Source: Laetmonice hystrix | Taxonomy: Eukaryota | Length of the DNA stretch: 64,000 nt | NCBI GenBank assembly: GCA_965235115.1 | Contig: OZ249436.1 | Span: 58,900,001 to 58,964,000 of the forward strand | Direction of reading: 5' to 3' | Part shown: positions 26,501-39,500 of the stretch, piece after piece | Layout of the letters: every line of letters begins with the position of its first letter | Position numbering within the stretch: the stretch's first letter is position 1 | Notes under the pieces: model-generated | The model's input: only the letters and a program-made list of their open reading frames with translations | Told to the model about the DNA's origin: nothing | Database searches by the model: none | Made by a program: the position numbers and the translations under genes

Positions 26501-27889
26501 TGGCCCCAAACGTTGTAAACCTCCCACTCCTGCTGATGCAGCGCTAGTCTAATTTCATCACCTTCCAGAAGCAAGGATGTGGGAACTCCTAGAGAAACCT
26601 TAACGATGGCAACCTGAGTCTGTGCCACTACTTAATGTGCACTACCTAATTGTGACTCTGTATGTGCACTGAATCTACGCCCAAATTGTCCTTTCGCGAC
26701 TGCACATCCCATAACGTTGATGAATCGGAAATACAGTTCGAAAGCTTAAAACCTAGAGCGGCCAATATTGTTAAGGCTTGCCTCAATGTCATTTCATACG
26801 AAGCGTAATTCCCTGGCGTGTCATATGGACAAAATGGAAAGCAAGCATTGAAAACATTTCATTTTACCAACAATGTTTCTCTATCTGTTATAAATCCGAA
26901 TTCTATTATCAGGAGTGCGCTGCGCAGTCTCAACGCCTGTCACCATACCATTGGCCATTGAGCAGGCCTATTATTACCCATCCCAGAGGGCCGTCGGTGC
27001 AACAACTGCGTGTCTTCATGGATCGGAGCCAAGATTTCCCATATCAATTTCAAATCCTCCAAAATAGTTTTATCAGGGATGGAAAATACCACGTAAATAT
27101 AATTAATCCGCGAAACGAGACGTTTTTAAACTACAAATTGCTGTATCATATTTCCGACTGGGTTTAATATACGAACAGGACGGCTGAACACATCATAAAG
27201 GGGTTTATTCAATTTTAGTTTCTATTTGATTACTGTGTGACTTATTGCTGTCCTTCATCCCTAGCCTTAAAGGTCTGCTTTTCCCGACATAATTCGCCCT
27301 GTCATCATAAATATATTCCTCACGGTGAAGAAATCTGTTGAAAACATTGGGTTACAATAGACTCAGATATTATGGTACAAGACCATCAGGATGTTTGAGA
27401 TGGTCATTTTAATCTGACGAAATGTGATGATGGAAACTGCATGTTGCACCTTTGTGAGGCTGCAATTCTGGTCGAAGGCACTGGGAGTTATACCATAGAA
27501 TAAGGAAGATCTTTCTGTGGTTTTAAAGAGCAGTGACCGGTTTGAGACCAACGCGATTGAACGTAGCCGGAAAGCGACAAGCCGAGCGGACTCTGAAATT
27601 CAAGACGGGACTGTGCATAATTTAATACAAAAGGCTTTCCCCGGTGATGCTACTACTCACCCCTGGTACACGATACCTGCCCACACCTCGAACATCTCCA
27701 CACCCTGCCATCGATGGACAACGGTGTCCGTGATGAAAGTGAGCTCTGACCGACAGGGGGTCCCGGTCTCCCGTTCACGGCGACACCTTCCACGGTCACC
27801 CGACCCAGTCTCAGCGGGGTCCGACTCCGCACTCAGTGTGTGTATGTGACAGGTTTCGTCCATTAAGACAATGATGTACCTGTGACTGG

Positions 27890-28410
27890 CCGAGCCCACA
27901 CTTCCCCTGTTGGGATGGGTCACTAAATGATTTGTGCAAGTGGCCAGCTTTTCACGCCTAACCTGCTACTGTCATCCTATAAGTTATGGCCGACTTCCCC
28001 AGCCCCAGGCACGCTCACCGTCCCATGGCACGTCTCTGCAACAACCTATTATCCAGGCAAAGTTCCTACGGGCGATTTCTCGAACCTTTCAGACAAGAAT
28101 AAATCTTCACATTCTGTGATATTCCTCCCATTTGATAATCCACTGTTGCATTCCACCATAGGGCGGGAGGTCTGAAAATTTGCAAGCAAGATGGTCGTAG
28201 GAGTTACAAATTACGGGATATGGGGCGGAATAGAGCCACGCCTGGGGCCGCGGGTGTCCATTGCCCGGGGCAATGTGAACGGGTAGTGTAATAGAGACTT
28301 GTCCCCGACTGTGTCTGGCTTCGCTTCCACTCTAATGGTCCCATTGTATCCACCCCGGGCATCACGCAGTCAGTATGCAGTGGTTGGGCCAGCTCGACCA
28401 CCAGAAATTG
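27890..28410 (-). mobile_element. Decayed BEL/Pao LTR-retrotransposon integrase fragment
   Basis: Three interrupted minus-strand segments occur in the expected order. GVDTMGPLEWKR...YTTR resembles GVDYxGPFxVK...TRAVH, FSDLPPYGGMQQW resembles FNPPxAPHxGGxWER, and SWPLAQII...RPVT resembles WPLGRV...RPI. Confidence 0.5.
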
Positions 28411-31400
28411 TCCAAGCTAAACGTCCAAACTGACACGCCATAATGACACATACGTGAATTGGATTCTCATAGCGGCCAAACGCCAGAAACAATGCTTTTA
28501 TACTAATGCCATATTCTCATACACTGCTGTCATGGTTTTATTAAATAGAAATGTCTACACCTGAATGAATAGCACACAATGTGAGAATGCGAGGAAAGTG
28601 AGAATAATGTCACAAAGTAGCAGATTCTGGACCTTCTGTTATGGTTGAATGTTCAATGCCCGACCTTCACAAAGGACTAATCATTGCATGCATCTACAAC
28701 ACGTAAGAGGTACGTAGCAGCAATGCAGCCTTGTAATATTGGAAAACATTGCACTGATCATGCCAATCATATCGCTCAACCCGTCTGGTGCCTACTGAGG
28801 TCACCCATCAAAACATCCATCATCGTATCCTATTTGATCTCACCATATAACATACCCCTCCCCCTGCTCGGAAGGAAAAGGAAAACGTGAGGTTTGATGT
28901 AACGAGACGCTACTTCTCCGTGAGATAAGTCCCATTCATCAGATTTATTCCATCAAAGAGACGTGTCGGCAAACTGGTAAACGTTACCTGTACTACTTCA
29001 TACGTACAGGTAGATAACCAGGCGGCCACTACACTTCAATAAGTTCAGTGGGCAACCAATGTTTAGTTCGATGAGACCTACCGTGAGTGCGTGGGCAGGG
29101 ATTCAGGGATGAACTACGTCCTCATTACGAAACATCAGGGGACCCGACTCGGGTCACGTGGTGCAGTAAGCGATGTCAAGGGACCGTCGTTGTGTGTGTT
29201 CAAACAGCCCTGCTGTCAGATGCTATCTCCGGTTTGGACAAGGCCGCACCGGATTCCAGCCCATTACACTGGTTCTTTACACTGACCACGCATAATAACG
29301 GGTCGGGCCCTAGGCAAGCATTCGCACCCCACTTCAGGAATCTCAGCCCAGTCTAATGGAAAACAACCCATTGTCTGCAGAACCACTACAGCAATAAAAC
29401 CAACCGCATCCTTCATTTCTACTCAATCAATGGCATTATGTACTAAATAAGAGAATACGTTTCCCATGCTGACAGCGTGAAGTCTAGCAGCTTAAAATAA
29501 TTTGGTTATCTTCGAACACTGCATGATTGAGTATTGGTGAATATGAAGGTTCACCAGTGTCTGTGTTTCAGCAAGTGGTGATTTAGCATGCTTGTGTACA
29601 CACAGGGTGTGAATGAACTGAGAGTGCATTCACAGGAAACTTTTGACATTATGGAAAGTGACTAGATGTACTGCTGGAAATAAGTCATTGCTCTTCACGG
29701 TTTGACAGCACTGGGAATTGGTTTGAGCACAGGTAGTTATTTCCTATGAATCATCAATATAATAGACTATGTTTTTCACACCTTGTAACAAGAAAGTGGT
29801 GAATAGGCACCGAGTTTCGCTGTGCAATGCGGGGTCAAAATGTTCGCTGAAGCAGAACAAATGGCACCTTCGTTTACAACAATCATCACTCTTTTACCAG
29901 GTAACAAGGCAGAATGTAGAGGTGCACGCGTTGTGCCGGCGTTTTACAATCTAGTTGGACGGTTTACACCGTAGTTCCATGTGAGTAGTATATGACAAGA
30001 GGCCTGTGAATCGGGTAACTCTATTGTAGAGTCTGGTGCCAGTGAGTGCTTTATGTACCCATGTGCTATGGGCCTGCATATTTAATGCACCCCTTCACAT
30101 CTAAGTGTGCGTTGTACACAGTTCCCTATGAATTTTTCATGAGTTCTGTTTTCCACTTCATCGCCTTTTTGTGTACCACCATCAGTTGCTTGTTAGGAAA
30201 TTTACCATGTATATGCTTCTCCGTTTACTGTTCAAATAGTATGAATAAGTTCCAAAACAAGCAGTACTTTGTGTAGTCATGTCCTAAACAGTGCTATCAA
30301 AATAGCAGTTCAAGCACTCTTCAGGGTTGCAATCAATTACATGAAACGGGCCGTCGTGTAAATATGGCAGGGGATGTAGTTAATGCATAGAGTTGACAAT
30401 CGGCGATTACCTTGATTTTCCCGGGATATGTTCAAGTTTTGTCCTTGCCATAATGTGTACAGTATCCAGATGGCATTGTCTCTGTGCCTGTAATTACCCT
30501 ATGTAGTAGAGTATTGAACAGAACAAGGACGGGGGTGATGATACCTGCAGAAAGCCAGGTACAAACTGCAGGTCTTCCAGGTCAACCATACGATACTAGC
30601 AATGAATTTGGCCCGTCTTTGCCCAGGATTGGCTGACCTGGGCAGAATGCCATAATTTCTTGACCCGCTTTGAAAGTATATTTGTATGCGTACTAACAAT
30701 ATATTGACTATCGAACATATCTGCAATGGTGGACTTACTACTATGTCGGAGATGTCCTTCCCTATAATCTACACAGACCATATATAACCCGGTATGTGAG
30801 AGGGTGGGTGTCCAAAACTTAGCAAAAACACACTAGAACTTCCATTCCAACATTCCGTGCAACTTGCTGGAACAATAAGACCAAATCAAACCTAACTCTG
30901 ATGGGTCCCGGTTGGTAAAAACACCGAGTTATGATTAAACGATTTATAAGGATTATTGTCATCTCCAGGGCCCGTCTTCTGCCAACCCTGCGGGGTTACT
31001 GTACAGAGAAAAACGGCCCGAGTTGTAATTGAATAATACAAGAGCGTAGCCATGAGAAATGGAAAAACTACCTCTCGGGAATACGGCCTCCTGGTGCCGG
31101 GACCTGACCGAAATGTCTATGATAGGACGGAGAGCCATGGCGTACAACTGCTCCACACTGGACTGGTACGGCATCCCCTGGGCCCTGTTTCATAAAAAAT
31201 CTTACATTTTAGATTTAATCATATTGTCGATGTACGATAGATTCTGTTTCATAAAAGATCGTTCTTGTCGAAGAACGATAAATTTGTCACGACCAAATGA
31301 AAAATCGCTCAAGTGTTTCATAAAATCGTTTTTGGCTTTTTTTCAATCGTTATTTCCTCGAAAATAGTCGTTGGCCACGACCACCCCGAGGGTTGTCGTA

Positions 31401-31661
31401 GGATAATATAAAAACACGAAATGAGTGAATTTTGGCGGAATTTTACTACAACCGTCATTTATGGAGAGGAGAAGGAGGCGTCGGTGTTCTTCGCGTGAAT
31501 AAACCCAATTAATACTAGGTTTTACGGTGACGTATTCGTGAAACATATCGTTATTTCCTCGAAAAAAATCGTTGGCCACGACCACACCGAGGGTTGTCGT
31601 AGAATAATATAAAGGCGCGAAATAAGTGAATTTTTGCGGAATTTTACTTCAACCGTGAATT

Positions 31662-32148
31662 ATGGAGGGGAGAAGGAGATGGTTCTTCGCGCGAATAGAC
31701 CCAATTAATAGGTTTGACGGCGACTTATTCGGGAAACGGTATCGGCTGGACAAGGAGTCAGTGATCGCCCTTTCAAGAACATATGAAGACTCGCCGTGTT
31801 GCTCAACGTCCGGCGACCCAAGTAGTATCATGAATATAGTCAAAGCTTGAATTTGTGTAAAGAACCTAACATTTATTCAAAATTTCCCAAATGTATTACT
31901 TAGAAACAAGTAAGGTATACTTCTTTAATAGGGTAATTCTTCTTAAAGTAATTAAGATGCCTATATCAGCTGTGTAGGCCTAAAACTAACTCACCAAAAA
32001 ATATGTTAATAACCCCTTCCTCATTTTGCAGATGTGTTTGGCCCTGTGCTTCTACGCGACAGGGCCCAACTACAGAGTTCTGAGCGACCTCTAGGACTTT
32101 AGCAAGCCCACCATTAGCCGGGCCGTAGGGGAGGTGACGAATATTGAG
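31662..32148 (+). pseudogene. Harbinger (HARBI1-like) transposase N-terminal pseudogene, two exon remnants
   Basis: The first segment, RRRWFFARIDPINRFDGDLFGKRYRLDKESVIAL, matches R..P....D..F..RYRL.K. After an acceptor (ttttgcag|, 32032) comes MCLALCFYATGPNYRVLSDL*DFSKPTISRAVGEVT, matching the HARBI1 helix-turn-helix ALRFYATG...GD..G.S.PTVSR.V..VT. There is an in-frame TAG at 32092 and no DDE core. Confidence 0.85.
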
Positions 32149-32679
32149 GGAGTCCATACTACATGCCTCTCTCATCTTGTGCTTTATCTTGGGAGATGAT
32201 GACTTTTTCTTCTCTTTGTGTTCTTTGTGTTCTTTACTGGGAACATCCGGGACATGGGGTTTCTTGTGGAGGGCAAAACATAAGACATCTATGCCTACAA
32301 TGTAGGCCTACATGATTTTATCCTTTATTTACCGGATAACAAGCACTAAGTCTTAGTACTGGCCCTAACTAGGTATCTACTATAGGTCTATACGGTGTAG
32401 TGTTTTCCATTCAGCAGAAATACTTGGTCGCCCAACTACTTATGTTTTTTTTACCATACCAGCCCATTATAAACAAGCTTGTGAAGCTTATAGCCCCCAC
32501 CAAGAACTATGGATTCTTGAAGAAACGATGCACGACTTCAATTGATCTTTAAAGGGCAAAGAAAATATTGCCAAAGGAAACTTCGTATGTACTTCGTCCG
32601 CATCTTATAGTAACTATGCAGTTATGTACAATTTGATAGTGTTATCCGACGTGAAGTGTTTTGTCTAGATACAATTGCA

Positions 32680-33560
32680 AATATGCTTGACCTTGATTGA
32701 CCTTTAGAGGTTAGTTAAATTCATGGAAATTCATGATTTTCTCTCTCAATTTTTACTAATATTAGTAAATTTCACCAGATCCCGTCAGAGTCACAGCCCA
32801 CCAACTTAGTAGGGACTAATTATCTGTGGGTCCATGAACTCTGTGTACTTTTGGCACGCTTGTTGCCCCTCATGCCCAAAATGTCAGAGTTATTGCTTCG
32901 AATTTTTTCATATCCAAGATGGCCACCAAGCAGCCATTTTTAATGATATGTTTGACCTGTGTCCTCCTTAGACTGTCCCTGGTTATTATGTAATATTGCA
33001 TGCAAGATTAGATCTTGTTATCTTCAACTGATTTGGAGGTACAGGCCATTAAAATCTGCATGACCTTGATTGACCTTTCAAGGTCGCTCAAGGTCATGGA
33101 AAATGGCGCCAAATGAAACTTCATATATGACTTCCTATCTATCAATAATAGTAACTGTTGCGTCATCTTGCACCGTTTTCGAGATATAAGCCAAAACAGT
33201 GTCACTGTGGGGGTCAAGAAACAAATATGGCCGCCATGTCGCCATTTTGAATCTGAATTGAAATTGTATTGCGATGCATATTGGCCATCATTATGCCTCC
33301 TCCCTGGACCAGGTTTGAAAGAAATCGTGACTGTTTTGGCTGAGATATTGATGAAAATGTGTTTACATCCAAGATGGCCGCTAAACGGCCATTTTGAATG
33401 ATATCAAAAATCTGTTTGACGTGCATCATACTCAGATCATCCCTGATCATTGTGTGAAGTTTCAAAGAAATCGACCCATGCACTTCTGAGAAATCGCTGT
33501 CTACGGACATACGAACGAGCAAGAACAAGCATGTGTCAAGGGGGTATTCCCGGAATTCCC
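32680..33560. repeat. Modular interspersed repeat inside the Harbinger (family unassigned)
   Basis: Internally repeated modules tgaccttgattgaccttt (~32687 and ~33061) and ccaagatggcc(a/g)c...gccatttt(g)aat (~32915, ~33228, ~33370), ending ggacatacgaacg...ggggg. I recognise this module style from marine-invertebrate non-autonomous repeats. Boundaries are approximate. Confidence 0.55.
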
Positions 33561-36500
33561 CTCCTGACGTCACTATTCAGTTCATTCAACTGGTTCCCGG
33601 TTGTCTTACCCAGGGTCGACGAGGAACGATTTTCCAATATGTAACGATTTTGATTTTCTTCAACGATGCACTTTATGAAACGGAACCGACGATATATCGT
33701 AACGATTATCGTTCCTGCTACGATTTTTTAAGAATTATCGTTCTTTTTTGGTCGTGGTTTATGAAACAGGGCCCTGGACTCCGCTTGGGTTGGTATGGCC
33801 TAAGGGATCTGGTTGTAGATCAGCAGACTTCTCCACCACTGATGGCCATCCACGACATTATGATGTGTGATTTAGGAGAGGGTTGGGGATGGGGTGGGGG
33901 CAGATGTTGGCGAGCTGGTGTCAGGGACTCGTGGCCATATTATCAGTATGTAAGGACGCCAACCCGGCTGCCATAACAGCTCATAACGACAGTCTATGCT
34001 AGAGCGTGCCGTAGTCAGTATTCCTCTCCCAGGCTACCTCCCTCGCACACCCGTCCAGTTGGACTTATTGATTTCTGGCCTACAACGAAACAAGTGGGAC
34101 TTGTTGAAGTCTCGGTCGTCCATTAAAGAATTTAGCACTCTATCAAGCAGTCATTTCTGTCCGGTGTGGAGCAGGCCACAATACCCGGCCTGGTCACCAT
34201 GGGGCTGTGGACCATGTAGGATCAATGACTGTTGGAAGCACTTGGTGAGGGCCATGGCCCCTGGTCCACTGCTCTCTCCCCTGGTGGCTCAATCTAACTC
34301 CTACAGAGGCTGGGAGCAGGGAACCAACCCCCGATCTCCTTGCTATCCTCCACGCCTCAATGTCACAAGGACCAAACATTCACTTCTTGTTGGAAGTCCA
34401 CCAGGCCGCAGTCCATCCCACGCACACCTTCAGCGCATCCATCCCGAGTGACGGTAGTATTTTAATTTGAAATAATGAGGGAATCGCTTGGCCTGATGAA
34501 TTCAGACTAAGAGATGACCTAACAGTGGCCAGCATTAGTTATCTGGCCGAGCCGGTGATTAATTGTACGAGACAGCCACACAGGAGGTTGGTAGGCAGCG
34601 AGGGATGCTAGAGATGGGGGATGCGGCGGTGGGCGAGCTGAAGGTTGGTAATGTTCCTGACCTCCAGTCTCCGCTCTTGCTATAGCAGGAAGGAGGCAGG
34701 GAGTCTTACTCAAACACTCAGCTGGCAATGACAGTTCGGTGCAAAGTACCACTTGGGTTGATGACCTAACGATTTTCCCCTGTACTCGAAACCATGTGGG
34801 AACACTTGATGTAATCACCTTAGCGAGCCCTAGCATTGATCATCCTGACACACTTACATAGTGAGATCTATCGCTGGCCTCGGCCGCTTGCCAAGTACGC
34901 GCCATCAAATGACTTATTATGGAAGCCATGACGACCTGCTGGAACTGCAGAAGCAGAATTAATTCAAAATTCATTCTTCATGGATAGTGATTCGACATCC
35001 CTCAAGTTACTATCAACACCTGATTGTCCTAGATGAGTCACTATCATGTACCTATTTCTTTGCTGCATGAAACGTCTCCATCAGTATTTATCATTCCTAA
35101 TGAGGAATTTTTCATCTGCTGATTGCACTCTAGATAATTAGGCACACAGTTCTAAATTTAACCTCCTCTATCCCATGCAATTTCCTGACGAAGGACAGAC
35201 CCACCAGCCACGAGCATTTCATTACAGTCACACAATATGTTTTTCACAAAGATCTGATGCCTGAAATTCTAATTTGCTCCTCCAGTGGAAAGATACCATT
35301 AAAGGAGTCCAATAGGAAGTGGCTCCCTTGGCTTCTTCTTTGCAGCTCCTCCGAGGACTTCATTATCGTGAATCACTGACCCTAATTGTGGCATTGGATG
35401 ATGCACTCTAGTTTTCTGGCAATGATAAGCTCCGGATTTCAGCCTAGATCTTCCAGGCAATCGTTGCTGGCTAATATCTCATTCGCAAACAGTCATTTAT
35501 CCAAGCGCAAACATCCTCACACTTTCTGGTGGCCGGGGGCAAAAGCTAGCCCAAAGGTGCAATCTATCACTGCAGGTGTGACTATGAATGGTGCTTTATG
35601 GCGAGGTGCCTTTTGAGGCCGGTCCCTGTTCAGATCTGATAGTAAAAGGGGGAGGAAGGTCGTAAAAACTGCGCTGGCTGGGGGTATGATCTGCCCCCTG
35701 GGCTGCCTCCCCTGTTGGAAGTGCCGACAGGAACCATCTTCATGCTGGAAAATACTGCGAGGGCACTGCTCAATCAGGCCCGCCAGTGATGTATCACGCT
35801 ATATGTGCTCATAACTACCATCCCCCGGCCACTCCACCTTTGTCTTGGGCCGACTCCCAACTAAATCCGTATCGGAACAATATTGTTACCTCGCCCTCGC
35901 AAACTGGAAAGAGATGCCAGATAATGACAATAACCACCAGGCTGCGCGTCACGTCTCCGCCATGTAGACATTTAAATCAAGAGTCTACTGGACCGTTTTC
36001 GTCTACGCCTTCAAACTCTCATTAATCACTCACACATACAGACAGTGACCCAAAAAAACCTCCTTCTTCACTTGGATCGAAGGTTCTGTGTCCTAAATAC
36101 ATAATGTGGATTATACGATTTAGTAGGTTCTTTTTTATTGCCGTACTTTTATCAGTTCTGTCCTTAAATAAATTGTTCGTCACAGGGAAGTAATAACAAT
36201 TCATAAACTAATTGTAACCCCTCTAATGCAATCAATGATGTTGGACGTGCTTCAGTATTCCGTATACCAGGGTGTGTTTCCATGTGGCTGACATCACTGA
36301 TTCATTAAGGTTTCAATGGTTGAGTTACAACGCCACATTCATCAACAAATGCCGTTTACGCTATAAGTGAGGGCCACACATGACTGTTCATTCTATTCTG
36401 TTGATATGGACTGCTATGGATGGCCTGACTGAAACTGGAAGTGTGATCAGAAGGTTGGGGCCATGTGTGTCACACCGCATGGCAGGCAAGTAAGATTGAG

Positions 36501-39500
36501 CACCCTCCACTGGGGAGAAACAGCAAGCCTGCCACTGCTTCTAATGAAAATAAAGTAGTCCTAGACAGCCCGGCCTTCCCAATGATGGCTGATCATACTA
36601 ACAATCATAAAGAAAAAGCTCAGCATCAAAAATGGAAACTCATAACATCAACACGATTTTATTACCGAATTGTGCCTTTTTAGGGCTTCCATCGAAACTA
36701 ATGAATTTTCAATACGGAAAATGTCACTGTTGAAGTTTTTCGAGCCTATTTGGACAACTTGAAATTGTGGCAAATTTTGTGTGAATTGCCTATTTACACA
36801 TTCGAAGACTGCAAGCTGCAGATCACAGGGGACGACTGACACGGAACCTTTGAGTTCCTCGTTCAAAGGATTTGAGTTTTAATTCTCCGTGGCCCATCAA
36901 TACTTTCAGTCAACTGAGAGAACACATTCTTGCATCATCTTGGGCTGTTTTTATCGTAATCACACTTGCACTGTCACCACAATATTTTAGATTTCTACCA
37001 CAATGATTACTGCAATCAGATGCGTTGGTCATATTTTGCTTAAAAAGACTCGGAAAGGAGTCTAGTAAATGCAAGGCAGCCTCCTGTTCATAATGAAACC
37101 TAATCTTAACTGACATCTCAATTAAACAGCCTTCCTGGTAGGTCTACGTTTTGCTATAGTTTAGAGAGGGGGATAGTAATTGGAAACACGAGCCCCCAAA
37201 GTTCTGCTCATCCAAAGGCAGAGCTGCAGCAGTTATGATCCCCTTAGCAGCTAACCATATTTCGTGCAACTGCCCATGTCATTATTTAAATACGTCCCAC
37301 ATACTGACAATCACTGGATTGCTGTGCCTCATTTGTTTAAGTAAGGCCGCTCCTGGGGACAGTTATTTCAATTTGGTCCTACCTGCGGGCACGTACGATA
37401 TAGACGGACCCTAATAAAATGCAATTTGCCCGAAGACCATCTACAGGCACTGGGTATTAGAGCAGTGATTGGTCGGCTTGCATGTGTGCATTTGATTGGA
37501 TGTACGTGAAAACGTACCTCACCAGTTGAGTTCTACTGCTTGGATTATATCATGGGATAGACTTAAACGATGCGGTTCGCTTCTGCCTTTCCAGTGCAAT
37601 TTGGTCCTGCACGCAGCTCCAGTTGTCACATGGAGTGGGCCTTACTATGGCTCGCCTCAAAGTTACGCCAAACTCCTAACTCCACCGAGCAACACGGCAG
37701 CTCAACATCCACAAATCCACAGATCCAGGGCACCGATACAATATAAATTCCTGGAGACGTTTGCACGTCAGCATGGAAACTCCATTTGTTATAGAAACAA
37801 ACAAAAAACATTTTTGATCCACATCCCATACTGACGGCGATTGCCCTTGTCTTATAAAGGCCAGCACATTGCGCACGACAAATATGGCAGGAAGTGCCTG
37901 CATACCCGTGATAACGACACGATCATCAGACAATAGTTTTCTTACAGCAGAATCTTAGGTTAGAAATGGGATTATTAAAGTTCAGGTTCTTCCATTTCGC
38001 CCTGATTCTGTGTTGCTACAAAATGCCTGGCTTTGGACTTTATGATAGTTTTGTGTTGCCAGCAGGCAAGAGAAGCGTGATGCAATGGTTTTCAGTTCCA
38101 GCCATTCTGCAGGTGTCTGAAACCATTTAATGCAGGCATTCTATTCGACAAACAGAATGTGGGTCAGTAAATGTATAATGTAAATGAAAGGAAAGAAAGG
38201 TATGATAGTATATTTTATAATATTAATTTACCTTGTTTACCTTCATTGAATACCATTTGTATGAAATGTATTGATTCTGACGGGCCCAGTTCGAAAAGGT
38301 CATACCCAGTTAAAAATACTTGTAGTGGGATACTGGTAAACTGAGTAATGCTCATTCTATATGTTATTAGATATCAGTAATAGACGTTTGATGTCCTGAA
38401 ACTATTGTGGGAGAGATTATTATAATATGGTCTGTTTCAAGTTCAGACGTACTTGGTGATTTAGGGACGCCACTGTGTCTACAAACCTGAGTGACTCGTT
38501 GCGTGTGAATACATTCATGGTGTGTTACTTAAAGTAAATAAATAGCTTTACAGCTTGCACGGATACATGATCACCTAATGGCTTTGCCACACTTCCATCC
38601 AATAAGTAACACTTGCGACCAACCCCATTTATTACATACCACTGGTTGTTTAGCTATTGAAAATACTTGATTTGCAAAAGGCCTATACGGTCTCGTTACA
38701 GTTGGTGTCTTGATCAGGTTATGCTCTGTGTGCTTAAAGTAAAGTTTCCTTTTAATCTAAGCATTGCGTGCCTGCGGTACATAACATCGCTTACTGCCGG
38801 GATGTGGTTAACTATACCCTGCTTTCTATTGTGACCATCATCACCATTGTGGTTATAGATAGGAAGGTATTTAAGGGTCAGTGACAAATCAAGCGATAGC
38901 TGGAACCATGTGATGTAGGTCCGCACACGGGAAACCGGCCCCATGATTTACGACAGACGTCGGGGCGCGCGGGTCCTTGTCTTCAGTCCTGTAGGTTTTA
39001 CTGGTACAACGTGGCTCTCGACGGACCTGACCATGCTGGCGAGCTGTCATTGCGGCATACAATGAAATACTCCTTTCTCTGTAATTCTGGCCATGATAAA
39101 TGAGCGGTGGGACAGCGATAAACCTGGCCTGGGTGGCCAGCTACAGGTTATGGATTACCTCTTTGGGGGCAAGTGCAAGTGCTGCCATCGTGGAGTTAGC
39201 GTACAGCCAATATGCACTTTCCACTTGCAGTGATTCAGTGACCAACAATGGCATTCATAAAAGTCTGCCTTCATTGGCTGGCTCAGTGGCAACCCCACCT
39301 TTCCCCGACTACCGAGGGATGTCAAAGAAAAGAATAAAAAGCAAAGGACGGATTTGGTAACCACAGCAACCTTGCCTTAATATCTCTGTTGCAACCTGAA
39401 AATAATTAGCACCTGTCTAACTTAACATTATGTAGAGTTCCCACTGAAAATTATAAGTACATGCCATGCTATTCTAGCGCCAAAGTGATATCAAGAAAAA

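Larger units (their letters stand above)
31181..33773 (+). mobile_element. Non-autonomous PIF/Harbinger DNA transposon, 2593 bp, CTG target-site duplication
   Basis: 16-bp perfect TIRs GGCCCTGTTTCATAAA (31181-31196 and 33758-33773), with CTG on both flanks (31178-31180 and 33774-33776). It has subterminal copies of TTTCATAAA and contains a Harbinger transposase fragment. Confidence 0.92.
30959..34100 (-). mobile_element. Probable decayed Ty3/gypsy pol fragment (RNase H-integrase linker) split by the Harbinger insertion
   Basis: Removing 31181-33776 rejoins a ~100-codon stop-free frame, GWPSVVEKSADLQP...SGVQG...AMALRPIIDISVRSRHQ. This resembles the gypsy GWP...LSV..G...LR....H-x-GH region. 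Family call by eye only. Confidence 0.35.

Noticed and set aside
22790-27500. Further retroelement-like stretches (22800-23200, 23800-25600, 26100-27500)
   Set aside because: Composition and scattered motifs suggest decayed TEs, but no run of ordered motifs was clear enough to name a family.
29550-29745. C2H2 zinc-finger-like fragments (SGDL, VHTG, CSSRFDSTGNWFEHR)
   Set aside because: The motifs are in different frames with several stops and incomplete Cys/His spacing, so they cannot be distinguished from chance.
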